From positions 66,255-130,254 of the forward strand of contig RDNZ01000003.1 in assembly GCA_011364905.1 (NCBI GenBank): a stretch of DNA of 64,000 bases, in the 5' to 3' direction. Shown here one piece after another: positions 34,418-43,181 of this stretch. The notes beneath the pieces are model-generated. The model was not told the origin of the DNA. It made no database searches and saw only the letters and a program-made list of their open reading frames with translations. This DNA is from Candidatus Thorarchaeota archaeon. Lineage in GTDB: Archaea; Asgardarchaeota; Thorarchaeia; Thorarchaeales; Thorarchaeaceae. The translations under genes and the position numbers were made by a program. Positions within the stretch are counted from its first letter, which is position 1. Each line of letters begins with the position of its first letter.

Positions 34418-35341
34418 CTAAAGGAAGAATGCTTTCTGAAGAGCAACAAGCCAGACATGGAACATGATAGTCTTGTCAGTATCCTCTGTTTCTTTGATAT
34501 TTTTACCAATGAGGATTGTGGTCTTCCCACGAAGTGAAGTTTCCCTCCGTCCACCGGCTTTCAGGTTGACATTGACACCTTCACAATCAATCTGTATTCC
34601 ATGATTGTAAAAAGCGCGTGGATGTTCGGAAAAAGCATAATCCAATTCGTCAATAGGATATGGATAGAGTATTGATTGTGCACAATTCCTTCTGATTTTA
34701 ACTTGAATATATTCTGTTTTATAGTTTGGAACTTCATTTTTCGTCCCAGATCCCCCTGGGATGACCAAGGGTCTGATGCCATGACGTTTATCGACAAGTC
34801 TCCCCTCTAGGAATCCATAAAAATCGCCTCCTCTCCCTTTGATGACCAACGCATCATCTTCGAATTCCACAATCAGCGGGTCCCTAGGAAATGACATGCT
34901 TCTGACACCCGCAGGATTCTTTTTCCCTACTGCCTCTTTTTCCCAGTAGAACCAAGGGATGGTTGTCATGGGGAGCATTTTATCCGCGCGTTCTGATTTG
35001 CGCTTCATGATTTCCCAGAGTGCATCATTTTGAACATAAAGTGAAAACGAAATTGGATGAAACTCACCACTCCTTTCCATGATGAAATTCCTTAGGTCAT
35101 TCTCTTCAGGATACAGTTGATTTGCCACATCTGATATTTGTTCTATTGAGAGGGTTGTTTTTCCTTTCATACCGAGGTTGTCTAGTTGATCAGGAGTGAA
35201 AGTGATAGTGACATCATTGTTGTTACAAAAGTCCGCAATGGCTTCATTATCAAATTCGTACCTGGTTGACATAACTAGGTCTTTTCCTGAATTATGAATA
35301 GCCTTTTCGGTATCAGTGAAATTGCGGTCCGTAAAAGACAA
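34418..35341 (-). CDS. Hypothetical soluble protein, no family recognised
   Basis: 307-aa ORF with no competing frames and no motif I can name. Confidence 0.5.
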   Translation of the reverse strand: MSFTDRNFTDTEKAIHNSGKDLVMSTRYEFDNEAIADFCNNNDVTITFTPDQLDNLGMKGKTTLSIEQISDVANQLYPEENDLRNFIMERSGEFHPISFSLYVQNDALWEIMKRKSERADKMLPMTTIPWFYWEKEAVGKKNPAGVRSMSFPRDPLIVEFEDDALVIKGRGGDFYGFLEGRLVDKRHGIRPLVIPGGSGTKNEVPNYKTEYIQVKIRRNCAQSILYPYPIDELDYAFSEHPRAFYNHGIQIDCEGVNVNLKAGGRRETSLRGKTTILIGKNIKETEDTDKTIMFHVWLVALQKAFFL

Positions 35342-35492
35342 CCTCCAATCAAGGCAAAGAGAGAGGTTTAGGTTCTAAGGAGTGTGAATTCATTGTGCCT
35401 CCACATGATAAACCATTGTGAATCACAAGTATTGTCTAATGCCTAACTGTTATTTAGTGGCTTGTTCTTTGTTGAGGAAGGATTGATGACAC

Positions 35493-36692
35493 ATGACATC
35501 AAAGGTCTACTTTACTGATAGGCAAACACGTACTGACTACAACATGATTGACAAATTGGAACATGTTTTCAATGAACTTGGTTTGAACAAGGCGATCAAG
35601 CAAGGCGATAAGATAATGGTGAAGACCCACTTTGGTCAATGGGGAAATACGAATTATCTACGCCCTGCATATGCTAGGAAAATTGTCGACTTGGTTCGAG
35701 CTGCCGGAGGAATTCCCTTTGTTGCAGAAACGACAGGTCTAGGTTATGGCGACGGTGGTGCTTATGGGGGGAGGACAACGGTTCCAGAATACCTTGGAAT
35801 GGCAGCTCTTCATGGATACACAGAAGCCACAGTTGGTGCTCCACTTCTCATGGCTGATGGATATTGGGGGACTGACGTCTTCAAAGTCCCAGTTGATGGC
35901 GAGTTCATTGATAGTGTAGATGTTGCGATGGCCCTACTTGACTGTGATCACGTTATTGTATTAACTCACGCAAAGGGACATGGTCTTGGTGGGATTGGTG
36001 GAACCCTCAAGAATTTGGGGATAGGACTTGTAGGTAAGAGAGGAAAAGCTGCGATGCATTTCGTTGGAGATGTCAAGATAAATGCTGACAAGTGCCTAGG
36101 ACCCGCGTGTTCGAAGTGTCTGAAAGTCTGCCCTACCAGATGCATTACCATGCATGACAAAGCAGTAATTGATCAATCAAAATGCATTGCCTGTCATCAC
36201 TGTGTGAGCGTCTGTGAAAGGATTGGAGTAAAAGCCGTCACCCATACATGGCGTCCGAATCACACACAAGGACCGATTTTTGTAGAGAATGCGGTTGGTG
36301 TCATAAACTCAATCGGTGCAGACAAGTTCTACTACATAAATCTGGCAATTGACATTTCCGACAAGTGTGACTGTTGGAATCTGGGCGCTCCTCTTCTTGT
36401 GCATGATATTGGGATTTTTGGGTCGAGGGATCCTGTCGCAATTGATGAAGCGACTCTGCAAGCTATTAAGGATGCACCTCCAAATCCCGATTCAGTTGTA
36501 GGTGATATAGAATGTGGAGTTTGCAAGTTCGCGACGGCTCACGCATGCAAAGACCCCGAAAGCGGAGATATTCTTGACCTTGCAGATATTCAGTTGTCTC
36601 ATGCAGAGAAGATGAAACTTGGAACTCGTAAGTATGAACTTGTTACTATTACCAAAGAACCACCAAAGAAACGTGGAACAAGTGAGGATTGA
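35493..36692 (+). CDS. DUF362 domain protein with inserted 2x[4Fe-4S] ferredoxin motifs
   Basis: KVYFTD...GDKIMVKTHFG...YLRP N-terminal DUF362 pattern. CSKCLKVCP and CIACHHCVSVCE motifs. Confidence 0.75.
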   Translation: MTSKVYFTDRQTRTDYNMIDKLEHVFNELGLNKAIKQGDKIMVKTHFGQWGNTNYLRPAYARKIVDLVRAAGGIPFVAETTGLGYGDGGAYGGRTTVPEYLGMAALHGYTEATVGAPLLMADGYWGTDVFKVPVDGEFIDSVDVAMALLDCDHVIVLTHAKGHGLGGIGGTLKNLGIGLVGKRGKAAMHFVGDVKINADKCLGPACSKCLKVCPTRCITMHDKAVIDQSKCIACHHCVSVCERIGVKAVTHTWRPNHTQGPIFVENAVGVINSIGADKFYYINLAIDISDKCDCWNLGAPLLVHDIGIFGSRDPVAIDEATLQAIKDAPPNPDSVVGDIECGVCKFATAHACKDPESGDILDLADIQLSHAEKMKLGTRKYELVTITKEPPKKRGTSED

Positions 36693-36697
36693 TTAAA

Positions 36698-37213
36698 ATG
36701 GTCCCAAGTTGGTTTAGGAAAAAGCTCATTCAGGCTCATGAGAATCAGAGGGCTCACCTCAACTTTGTACTGAATGGTCTAACGAATGAGGAGTTAACCA
36801 AGCAAGTCACTAACGAAGAGTACTCAAAATCAATTGCAGGTATAGTCATGCACATCGGGACCGCTGAGACATACTGGTTTCACAAGTCCAAAAATCCCAT
36901 TGGACCCCCTGTAATTGCAGACACTTTTGATGAGGTTATGACTCGAATTAGGGAGAATACGGATAAAATCACCAAACTTCTTGAGGAGTGTCCTGATGAA
37001 CAAGTTCAGATTATTTCGCCAAAAGATGGAGGACCTACAATTGCATGGGCCACTCTGAGAACTGCGCAGCATGGAACCTATCATGCGGGGCAGATTGCTA
37101 AGATACGCCGAATGATTGGAGCAACAGGCCTGTCTCCTGATGCTGAAAACCTCTGGGGCCATGCTGTGGATTCAACTATCGAAATAATTCGAGACCTTCT
37201 CAACGGTGTCTGA
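36698..37213 (+). CDS. DinB-family (DinB_2-like) protein
   Basis: Four-helix pattern with His candidates for the metal triad (HIGTAETYWF, AQHGTYHAGQI). Start region overlaps or abuts the DUF362 stop. Confidence 0.7.
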   Translation: MVPSWFRKKLIQAHENQRAHLNFVLNGLTNEELTKQVTNEEYSKSIAGIVMHIGTAETYWFHKSKNPIGPPVIADTFDEVMTRIRENTDKITKLLEECPDEQVQIISPKDGGPTIAWATLRTAQHGTYHAGQIAKIRRMIGATGLSPDAENLWGHAVDSTIEIIRDLLNGV

Positions 37214-37335
37214 AACAACCGTCACATGATTGAGTTAACATCAGAGCTTAACTCAAATAGATACGAATCTTCTCAAACCAAGTCAGACTTGGATGAGGTG
37301 CAGAGCGATTGCCACTTTTCAATGAGCCAGGATTC

Positions 37336-38355
37336 ATGCGTGATATCTACCTCATACTTCATAGTGGCATTCTGTTTTACTCGCTTCTTTTTGGGGGAAT
37401 TCTTTTTCTTCATTGGTTCAAGGATAAGTACAGAAAAGCGCTTGACTTACGTTTAGCTTGGTCTATTTTCTTGTGGGGTGTAACGATAAACACAGCCTGT
37501 TTCATGGTTTCTGACTTTTGGCTTACTGGCGAGCCTGAGAACACATACTTCGTCGCTTCTGGCTATATTGCTTTGATGTTCGCAATCACCGGATTTTTTG
37601 CTGCAATGGAAATGATTCTACCTTACAAGACACGTCATGCACTCACTTCAATAGGTATTGTGTCAACTTTTATGCCTCTGTTCATTCCTAGGGTCTACTT
37701 TGAAGTTCTGGCGTTGTTTGATGCGATTCTTGCTCTTGTGGGGATAACTCTGTTTCTCATGTATACATGGAAAAGCACAGCCGGAGCTGTTCGGAAAAAC
37801 GTACAATGGGTCGTTCTCGGATTCCTCATCGGTTGGGTCGGATTCATTGGTAGATCGGACACGGCATTTAATCTAGGCCCCCAGTACTACATACTTGGTC
37901 TTGTTATGCTTTCACTCGGCATCCTAATGTTTGGATACACCATAACTACATCACCTGCTCTCGATGAGCTCGATTGGAATCAGCAGATTCTGGAGCTATA
38001 TGTGATTCAAATGGGCGGCCTACTTATGTGCCACTATCAATTCGTTGAGAATCCAGAGGTAGACCAAGTTCTCACTGCCGCAGGTATTGCTGGGGTTCAG
38101 TCCCTCTTTCAGGAAATAACTCAAAGTGATACGGGTCTCAACATTGTTTCTATAGGCGAGTTCGACATTCTGTTTGCTCATGGAGCTGCCTTCACCAGTG
38201 TTCTGATAGCAAAAAAACCCTACAGAATTCTCCTTGACAAGGTTCAGGAGTTTACCGAGAAATTTGAGTATGAATTTGGCACCGTTCTCAGGCAGTTCGA
38301 AGGCAGCCTCCGGGAGTTCAACTCTGCTGATGAACTGATCCGGTCAGTGTTTTAG
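37336..38355 (+). CDS. About 7-TM membrane protein with C-terminal longin/roadblock-like alpha-beta domain (tentative)
   Basis: N-terminal 220 aa has about 7 hydrophobic helices. The C-terminal 120 aa (LELYVIQMGGLLMCHYQF...LNIVSIGEFDILFAHGAAFTSVLIAKK...VQEFTEKFEYEF) shows a beta-beta-alpha-beta-beta-beta-alpha pattern by eye. Confidence 0.6.
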   Translation: MRDIYLILHSGILFYSLLFGGILFLHWFKDKYRKALDLRLAWSIFLWGVTINTACFMVSDFWLTGEPENTYFVASGYIALMFAITGFFAAMEMILPYKTRHALTSIGIVSTFMPLFIPRVYFEVLALFDAILALVGITLFLMYTWKSTAGAVRKNVQWVVLGFLIGWVGFIGRSDTAFNLGPQYYILGLVMLSLGILMFGYTITTSPALDELDWNQQILELYVIQMGGLLMCHYQFVENPEVDQVLTAAGIAGVQSLFQEITQSDTGLNIVSIGEFDILFAHGAAFTSVLIAKKPYRILLDKVQEFTEKFEYEFGTVLRQFEGSLREFNSADELIRSVF

Positions 38356-38633
38356 AATGCTGGAATTTACCCTGATGCTTCAAGTATCCCTTTGTAGCAT
38401 ACATATCCGATAACAAGGCTAATTCCGATTAGTAACACACCAAATGCCCAGATAACACCATATCCATAGAGTGCCATTGTGAATACGGGTACACCACCAA
38501 ATATACAGGTGCAAACAGAGATTAAACCTGAACCAACTATTTTGCCTAGAGAACCTTTGGGCTCTGTAGTGAAGGTGGATAATTTTGTGGTGGTTCATCA
38601 ATTGATGCCATTTTCTCCCCTCGGATTGCTGCA

Positions 38634-39761
38634 CTACCAGGCTGGTAGTTCCTCATATCGGTGGCAAAGTATCCAATAGCCCTCATCAACTTCGCGGTAT
38701 TCAGGGATTCTCTCTCTGCAGATATCCTGTGCATACTCACATCGTTCACTGAACGGACAGCCCGATATTGCTTCAGAAAGGTCTGGTGGCATTCCTGGAA
38801 TCCCGCGAATTCTGAGCCCCTTCTCCCTGATTTTTCGAATTTGTTCCATTGAAGGATTACTCATAATGAAAGCGCGTGTGAAAGGGTGACCAGGAGAGTT
38901 CAGCACCCTCTGTGTATCACCGAATTCCACAATATGACCTGCAGTCATGACCCCTATTCTGTCGCAGGTTTTGGCCATTGTTCCTTGGTTGTTACTGATG
39001 AGAAGCATCGACAGTTCAAGCTCATCACGCACAATTTGAATTGCATCAAGTATCCTGTTTTGAAGGCCAATATCGACTGCAGTGGTGGGTTCATCAGCTA
39101 TCATCAGATCTGGAAGCGAAACGAGCGCCATTGCAATGAGTACACGCTGGTCTTCGCCAACGCTGAACTGCGAGGGTTTCATTTCTTTCCGTATATCAAC
39201 ATCGCCCAGTTCAACGAGATCGAGGGTTTGCAGGACTCTCTTCATTACTTGCCATTCTTTTAGTTCATTATCCTCATCGTGAGCCCATAGCACTTCAGAT
39301 GACTGCTCCTCAATATCTGAGTAGGGATTCAAAGATTTAGTGGTGCCTTGAGGGACGTATGTGATTTCGTTGCCCCGTATTTTTCTGTACTCCTTCTCAT
39401 CTAGAGTAGCGAGGTCTCTTCCCTTGAACCAAATATGGCCGCTCACGCCGGGAAGCTCCTCTTTCATCTCGTTGAACGCAAGTCCCTTCTTTCTGGCATC
39501 ATCCTTCAATGCCCAAAGTTTTCTGCTTTCTTCATTTGAAGCGGTAGAGGCGAAATGTCTGGAAATCTGCTCGAACATTCCTATGATGGCCAGAGCAACA
39601 CTTGTTTTTCCTGCACCAGACTCGCCAAAAAGGCCAATCGATTCGCCTTTTCTAATCTCGAAGCTGATATTGTTCACAGCTCTAACAAGTCCTTTCTTCG
39701 ATGTGTAAAAAGCTCTAAGGTTCTCTACCTTCAAGGTAACTTCATCATCACTGACAACCAT
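38634..39761 (-). CDS. Orphan OppD-like ABC ATPase paralogue with degenerate signature and H-loop
   Basis: Walker A GESGAGKTS and Walker B MIADEPTTAVD are retained. Signature is FSVGEDQR (not LSGGQ) and the H-loop is ISNNQG (no His). C-terminal CPFSERC domain. Paralogue of 23581-24666. Confidence 0.8.
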   Translation of the reverse strand: MVVSDDEVTLKVENLRAFYTSKKGLVRAVNNISFEIRKGESIGLFGESGAGKTSVALAIIGMFEQISRHFASTASNEESRKLWALKDDARKKGLAFNEMKEELPGVSGHIWFKGRDLATLDEKEYRKIRGNEITYVPQGTTKSLNPYSDIEEQSSEVLWAHDEDNELKEWQVMKRVLQTLDLVELGDVDIRKEMKPSQFSVGEDQRVLIAMALVSLPDLMIADEPTTAVDIGLQNRILDAIQIVRDELELSMLLISNNQGTMAKTCDRIGVMTAGHIVEFGDTQRVLNSPGHPFTRAFIMSNPSMEQIRKIREKGLRIRGIPGMPPDLSEAISGCPFSERCEYAQDICRERIPEYREVDEGYWILCHRYEELPAW

Positions 39762-39798
39762 AATCTACCCAATCCTTTACACTTGAAATACTCTATGG

Positions 39799-40992
39799 CT
39801 AGAGCATTTGACGACCCTCATGAGATCTGTGTCGGTAGAACAATCGTTTCTCTGCCTCATACCATAGCATACCACCGGCAAATGCAATTGACAAGTTCAG
39901 CAGATAGAATGGAATATAGAATAACAATGATGGCCATCCCAAGACTACATCAAAAACGGGAATGGCGTGCTCAACAACCGAGGCCTGCGAAAGACTCCAA
40001 TAGACAATCGACATCCAAAAGATTTGGAACAGAAGAATATGATATGTTGACCTCCCAACTCTTTTGATAAACCTCTGAAAGGGCCCTGAAGCATTCTGGG
40101 GAACCAGCAACATAGTCGCAAAAACCAGAAACGCTGCATATCCATAGAAAATGAGTGTATAGTCACCCTTGATGAAATCCTGAGTAAACGCAAAGAACCC
40201 ACCAATAATATTTGGCATCGATCCAAGGATTCCTTTGCCCGTGGCTGGAGAAATCGAAGCATAATCGATCATAAACAGCACACTAATTGCAAGATAAGGA
40301 TAAACAAACCAATTGTGCTTTGATGGGAGTACTGGCTCTCTTGAAAACCAGAGTCCAATGCCTACAGCCGGAAGAAAGAACAGGATATTGACACGAATTG
40401 CTGTGATTATGAACGAATCATAGGCCGTAGTGGCTGCCGGATAAAGAAACCAAAGCAAGTACTGCATCACAAGCTCGCTGAGAAAGCATAATCCAACAGT
40501 TGCCAATGGAGCTCTCTTGAACAGCCAATAAACAATTGGAAAGATGAGAATGGAACCAAAGAGTAGAGGAATAAACCAGTTGCCCGGTCCCCAGAAGGGA
40601 AGATACCCCAGCAGTAAATACTCGCTTGTATCAATGTATCCAAGAGTGGTCCCAAGTGCCAGTGACGCCAACCATAGAATGACAAAGGGAAAGACATACC
40701 TCTTTAGCTTTCGCTTGAAGTAGGCTAATGAGTAGAGATCTTTGAGGCTTTTGTGCTCTCGATACTCGAATGAATTCCCCATATTGAAACCCATTACAAT
40801 CAGAAAGAAGGGAATCGACAGTCTTTCCCAGAAGATGCCACCGAGTGCACCTTTAATTCCCCAAGTCAAACTGTGATCCAAAATAACAAATCCTATAGCT
40901 ACTGCCTTGAGGACATCAATTTGAAAATAGTATGGTCTTGCTTTGCGCAATCCAAACTGTACTTCTTCAACTGCCTCTTCTCCCTCTATCAT
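39799..40992 (-). CDS. Acyltransferase family 3 (OafA-like) integral membrane protein
   Basis: N-terminal QIDVLKAVAIGFVILDHS motif and about 10 TM segments; 397 aa. Confidence 0.8.
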   Translation of the reverse strand: MIEGEEAVEEVQFGLRKARPYYFQIDVLKAVAIGFVILDHSLTWGIKGALGGIFWERLSIPFFLIVMGFNMGNSFEYREHKSLKDLYSLAYFKRKLKRYVFPFVILWLASLALGTTLGYIDTSEYLLLGYLPFWGPGNWFIPLLFGSILIFPIVYWLFKRAPLATVGLCFLSELVMQYLLWFLYPAATTAYDSFIITAIRVNILFFLPAVGIGLWFSREPVLPSKHNWFVYPYLAISVLFMIDYASISPATGKGILGSMPNIIGGFFAFTQDFIKGDYTLIFYGYAAFLVFATMLLVPQNASGPFQRFIKRVGRSTYHILLFQIFWMSIVYWSLSQASVVEHAIPVFDVVLGWPSLLFYIPFYLLNLSIAFAGGMLWYEAEKRLFYRHRSHEGRQML

Positions 40993-41193
40993 TTTGAATC
41001 AATGTTACCTTTGCCCACCACTTCAAATACCATGCGACTCGCGCAGTTGATGCGGCTTCGCAATATGTCATGCCAGAGAAGGCATCAGATCTCTCGGCGG
41101 ATGCAAGAAAAACAGGACTTGATGGTGCTCAGTAGGTGTATCGCTTTATCTCGACCCTCAACCTTGATATGAGAATACATCGAGTATCTGCGT

Positions 41194-42036
41194 ATGTCGG
41201 ATGGATGCACTGCCGGAGCCAAAGTTATTGGAGATCGATATTATCTTCTTAAGAACAGGGACTTAATCTGGGGCGGTTTCAAAGATTCAATAGTCTTTGA
41301 CAAGGATGTCTTCTTTGTGAGCGGAGTGAATGTTGCCGACGGACAACCATGTGGTGCGTCATTCGGATTCAATAGATTTGGTCTTGTTGGGTGCAGTACA
41401 ACAGTCTTAGTGAATCCTCACAAAGCCTATGACTCTCTTCTTGAGAGGATTTTTCGAGAAACCAGAACGATTGAGGAAGCTTATGAGTTGGTGCAAGCGG
41501 ACCTAGAGAGCGGAAACCAATATCAATGGTGCAACTTCGTTCTCGCTTCGCCAACGAGTGTTGGAGCTATTGAAATTGGGGATGGTGTTGCAGTTCTTGA
41601 AACAGATCCAAGAATAGTCACAAGAACGAATCATCACCTCAAACTACCCACAGCAGACACTCTGCGTCGAGCATCACTAGCTGAACGAGAAGCTGGTGGT
41701 CCTCTTGCTACAAGCCAGAGCAGAAGACAGGAGGCAGCAAAGCTCTTGGCTGAAGCAACTTCCTTTATGGACATGACACAGCTGCTTAGCACTCATCGAC
41801 AGGGACGTGGATTTGACTCAATCTGCCGACATCATTCATCCAACCCTAATGCAGAATCATATCTTGGTGAAACTGTTTATAGCTACATTGCAGAAGTATC
41901 AGGTATCGAAGCTAACGCACTTGAGTTTAGGATAAAAGTCGCTCCAGGCAATCCTTGTACAAGCATATATGATGAGTTTGTAGTAGACTTTGATTCTCCC
42001 GAGAGCAAGTACAATGTTCTAACGAACTTTCCTTAA
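41194..42036 (+). CDS. Ntn hydrolase, peptidase C45 / acyl-CoA:6-APA acyltransferase-like
   Basis: MSDG-CTAGAKV...YLLKNRD: Cys5 positioned as N-terminal nucleophile after a 4-residue propeptide. 280 aa. Confidence 0.7.
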   Translation: MSDGCTAGAKVIGDRYYLLKNRDLIWGGFKDSIVFDKDVFFVSGVNVADGQPCGASFGFNRFGLVGCSTTVLVNPHKAYDSLLERIFRETRTIEEAYELVQADLESGNQYQWCNFVLASPTSVGAIEIGDGVAVLETDPRIVTRTNHHLKLPTADTLRRASLAEREAGGPLATSQSRRQEAAKLLAEATSFMDMTQLLSTHRQGRGFDSICRHHSSNPNAESYLGETVYSYIAEVSGIEANALEFRIKVAPGNPCTSIYDEFVVDFDSPESKYNVLTNFP

Positions 42037-42106
42037 CCTATTCTTATTGTGTTCAATCGAGTGATATTTCAGGTGGAACCTTGTGCCATATGCCTGATGT
42101 GATTGA

Positions 42107-43003
42107 ATGGAACATGAGAAGTTCAAAGAGATACTGCGTGGATTTTCGGTTACCACCATCACTCCTTTTAGCAGTGATCTATCGCAAGTTGATGTTGATG
42201 GGATTTCAACGAACATCGAGTTTCTAAGAAAGAATGATGTCCCATTAATCATCCCTAATGGAAACACTGGAGAGTTCTACTCTCTATCAGAGGACGAATG
42301 GAAACTTGTCCTTGTTTCCACTCTTGATGCAGTTGGTGAAAGGGCGACGTTAATGCCCGGAGTGGGCCATTCAATCAAAACCGCACTGGCTCAAGTTGAC
42401 GTAGCCAGAGAACTAGGCATCCCTGCAGTCATGATCATGTACCCCAAACATGTCTTTGTTTCCGAGGAGGGTCTCTTTGATTACTATCGCACTATACTTG
42501 ATGCAGCCAGAGATCTGAGTGTTGTGCTCTACAAGAGAGGTCCTCTTCTTACAGATGATTTGCTGCACAATCTTCTTACACATAGTAACTTTGTCGGAGT
42601 AAAATATGCATTTGGCCGAATTGTTGACTTCGCAAGATCCGTTCAGAAATTAGGCAATGGTATCGTATGGTCATGTGGAAGCGCAGAGAGGTTTGCTCCA
42701 TTCTACTTCCTCGCTGGCGCAGAAGCGTTTACCAGTGGGTTATGCAACTTTGCTCCTCAAATCACGAAGAAAATGTTTGATGCTTTCAAAAAGAAGGACT
42801 TCGCCGAGGCGATGAGAATTCAGAGGATGATAACACCCTTTGAAGATCTTCGAGAAGGCAGAGGTTCCTCTAATAATGTTCCTGTCGTTAAAGCTGCCAT
42901 GGACCATAATGAACTGAGGGGTGGTCGTTGCAGACCTCCGATTCATTCGCTCTCTAGTAGAGAGAGACTAGCGACTATCTCTGTTATATCAGAGTGGAAG
43001 TAG
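42107..43003 (+). CDS. DapA/DHDPS-family class I aldolase or lyase (specificity unknown)
   Basis: TPF..., NGNTGEFYSLSEDEW (GxTGE motif), IMYPKHV, VGVKYA with the candidate Schiff-base Lys. Confidence 0.8.
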   Translation: MEHEKFKEILRGFSVTTITPFSSDLSQVDVDGISTNIEFLRKNDVPLIIPNGNTGEFYSLSEDEWKLVLVSTLDAVGERATLMPGVGHSIKTALAQVDVARELGIPAVMIMYPKHVFVSEEGLFDYYRTILDAARDLSVVLYKRGPLLTDDLLHNLLTHSNFVGVKYAFGRIVDFARSVQKLGNGIVWSCGSAERFAPFYFLAGAEAFTSGLCNFAPQITKKMFDAFKKKDFAEAMRIQRMITPFEDLREGRGSSNNVPVVKAAMDHNELRGGRCRPPIHSLSSRERLATISVISEWK

Positions 43004-43006
43004 TGC

Positions 43007-43144
43007 TCACTTCAATGGTATGTTTTTGCCATCTATGAAGACATGTTCAACTTTACTGTAAAAGTCAAAGGGATCTCCCAACCAAATGACGATATCTGCG
43101 TCTTTGCCTGGTTCTAGTGAGCCAATCCCGTCTTTGTGGAACTT
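43007..43144 (-). pseudogene. Relic of the 3' end of a metal-dependent amidohydrolase gene
   Basis: Stop-to-stop frame without a start codon reads KFHKDGIGSLEPGKDADIVIWLGDPFDFYSKVEHVFIDGKNIPLK-stop, the typical C-terminal GS(L/I)ExGKxADxV(I/V)W..DP...V..V(F/I)IDG end of amidohydrolases. Nothing upstream continues it. Confidence 0.6.
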
Positions 43145-43181
43145 CTACTCCGTTACGAAAATCCTTCTTGCCAAATGCACT

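Noticed and set aside
38367-38477. 36-codon minus-strand ORF MALYGYGVIWAFGVLLIGISLVIGYVCYKGILEASG (single TM) downstream of the degenerate ATPase
   Set aside because: The hydrophobic frame extends upstream without any start codon and no RBS is evident. It may be a real mini-protein or a remnant, and I cannot support it. The listed 71-aa ORF 38419-38634 in another frame is Trp/Cys/His-rich and looks non-coding.
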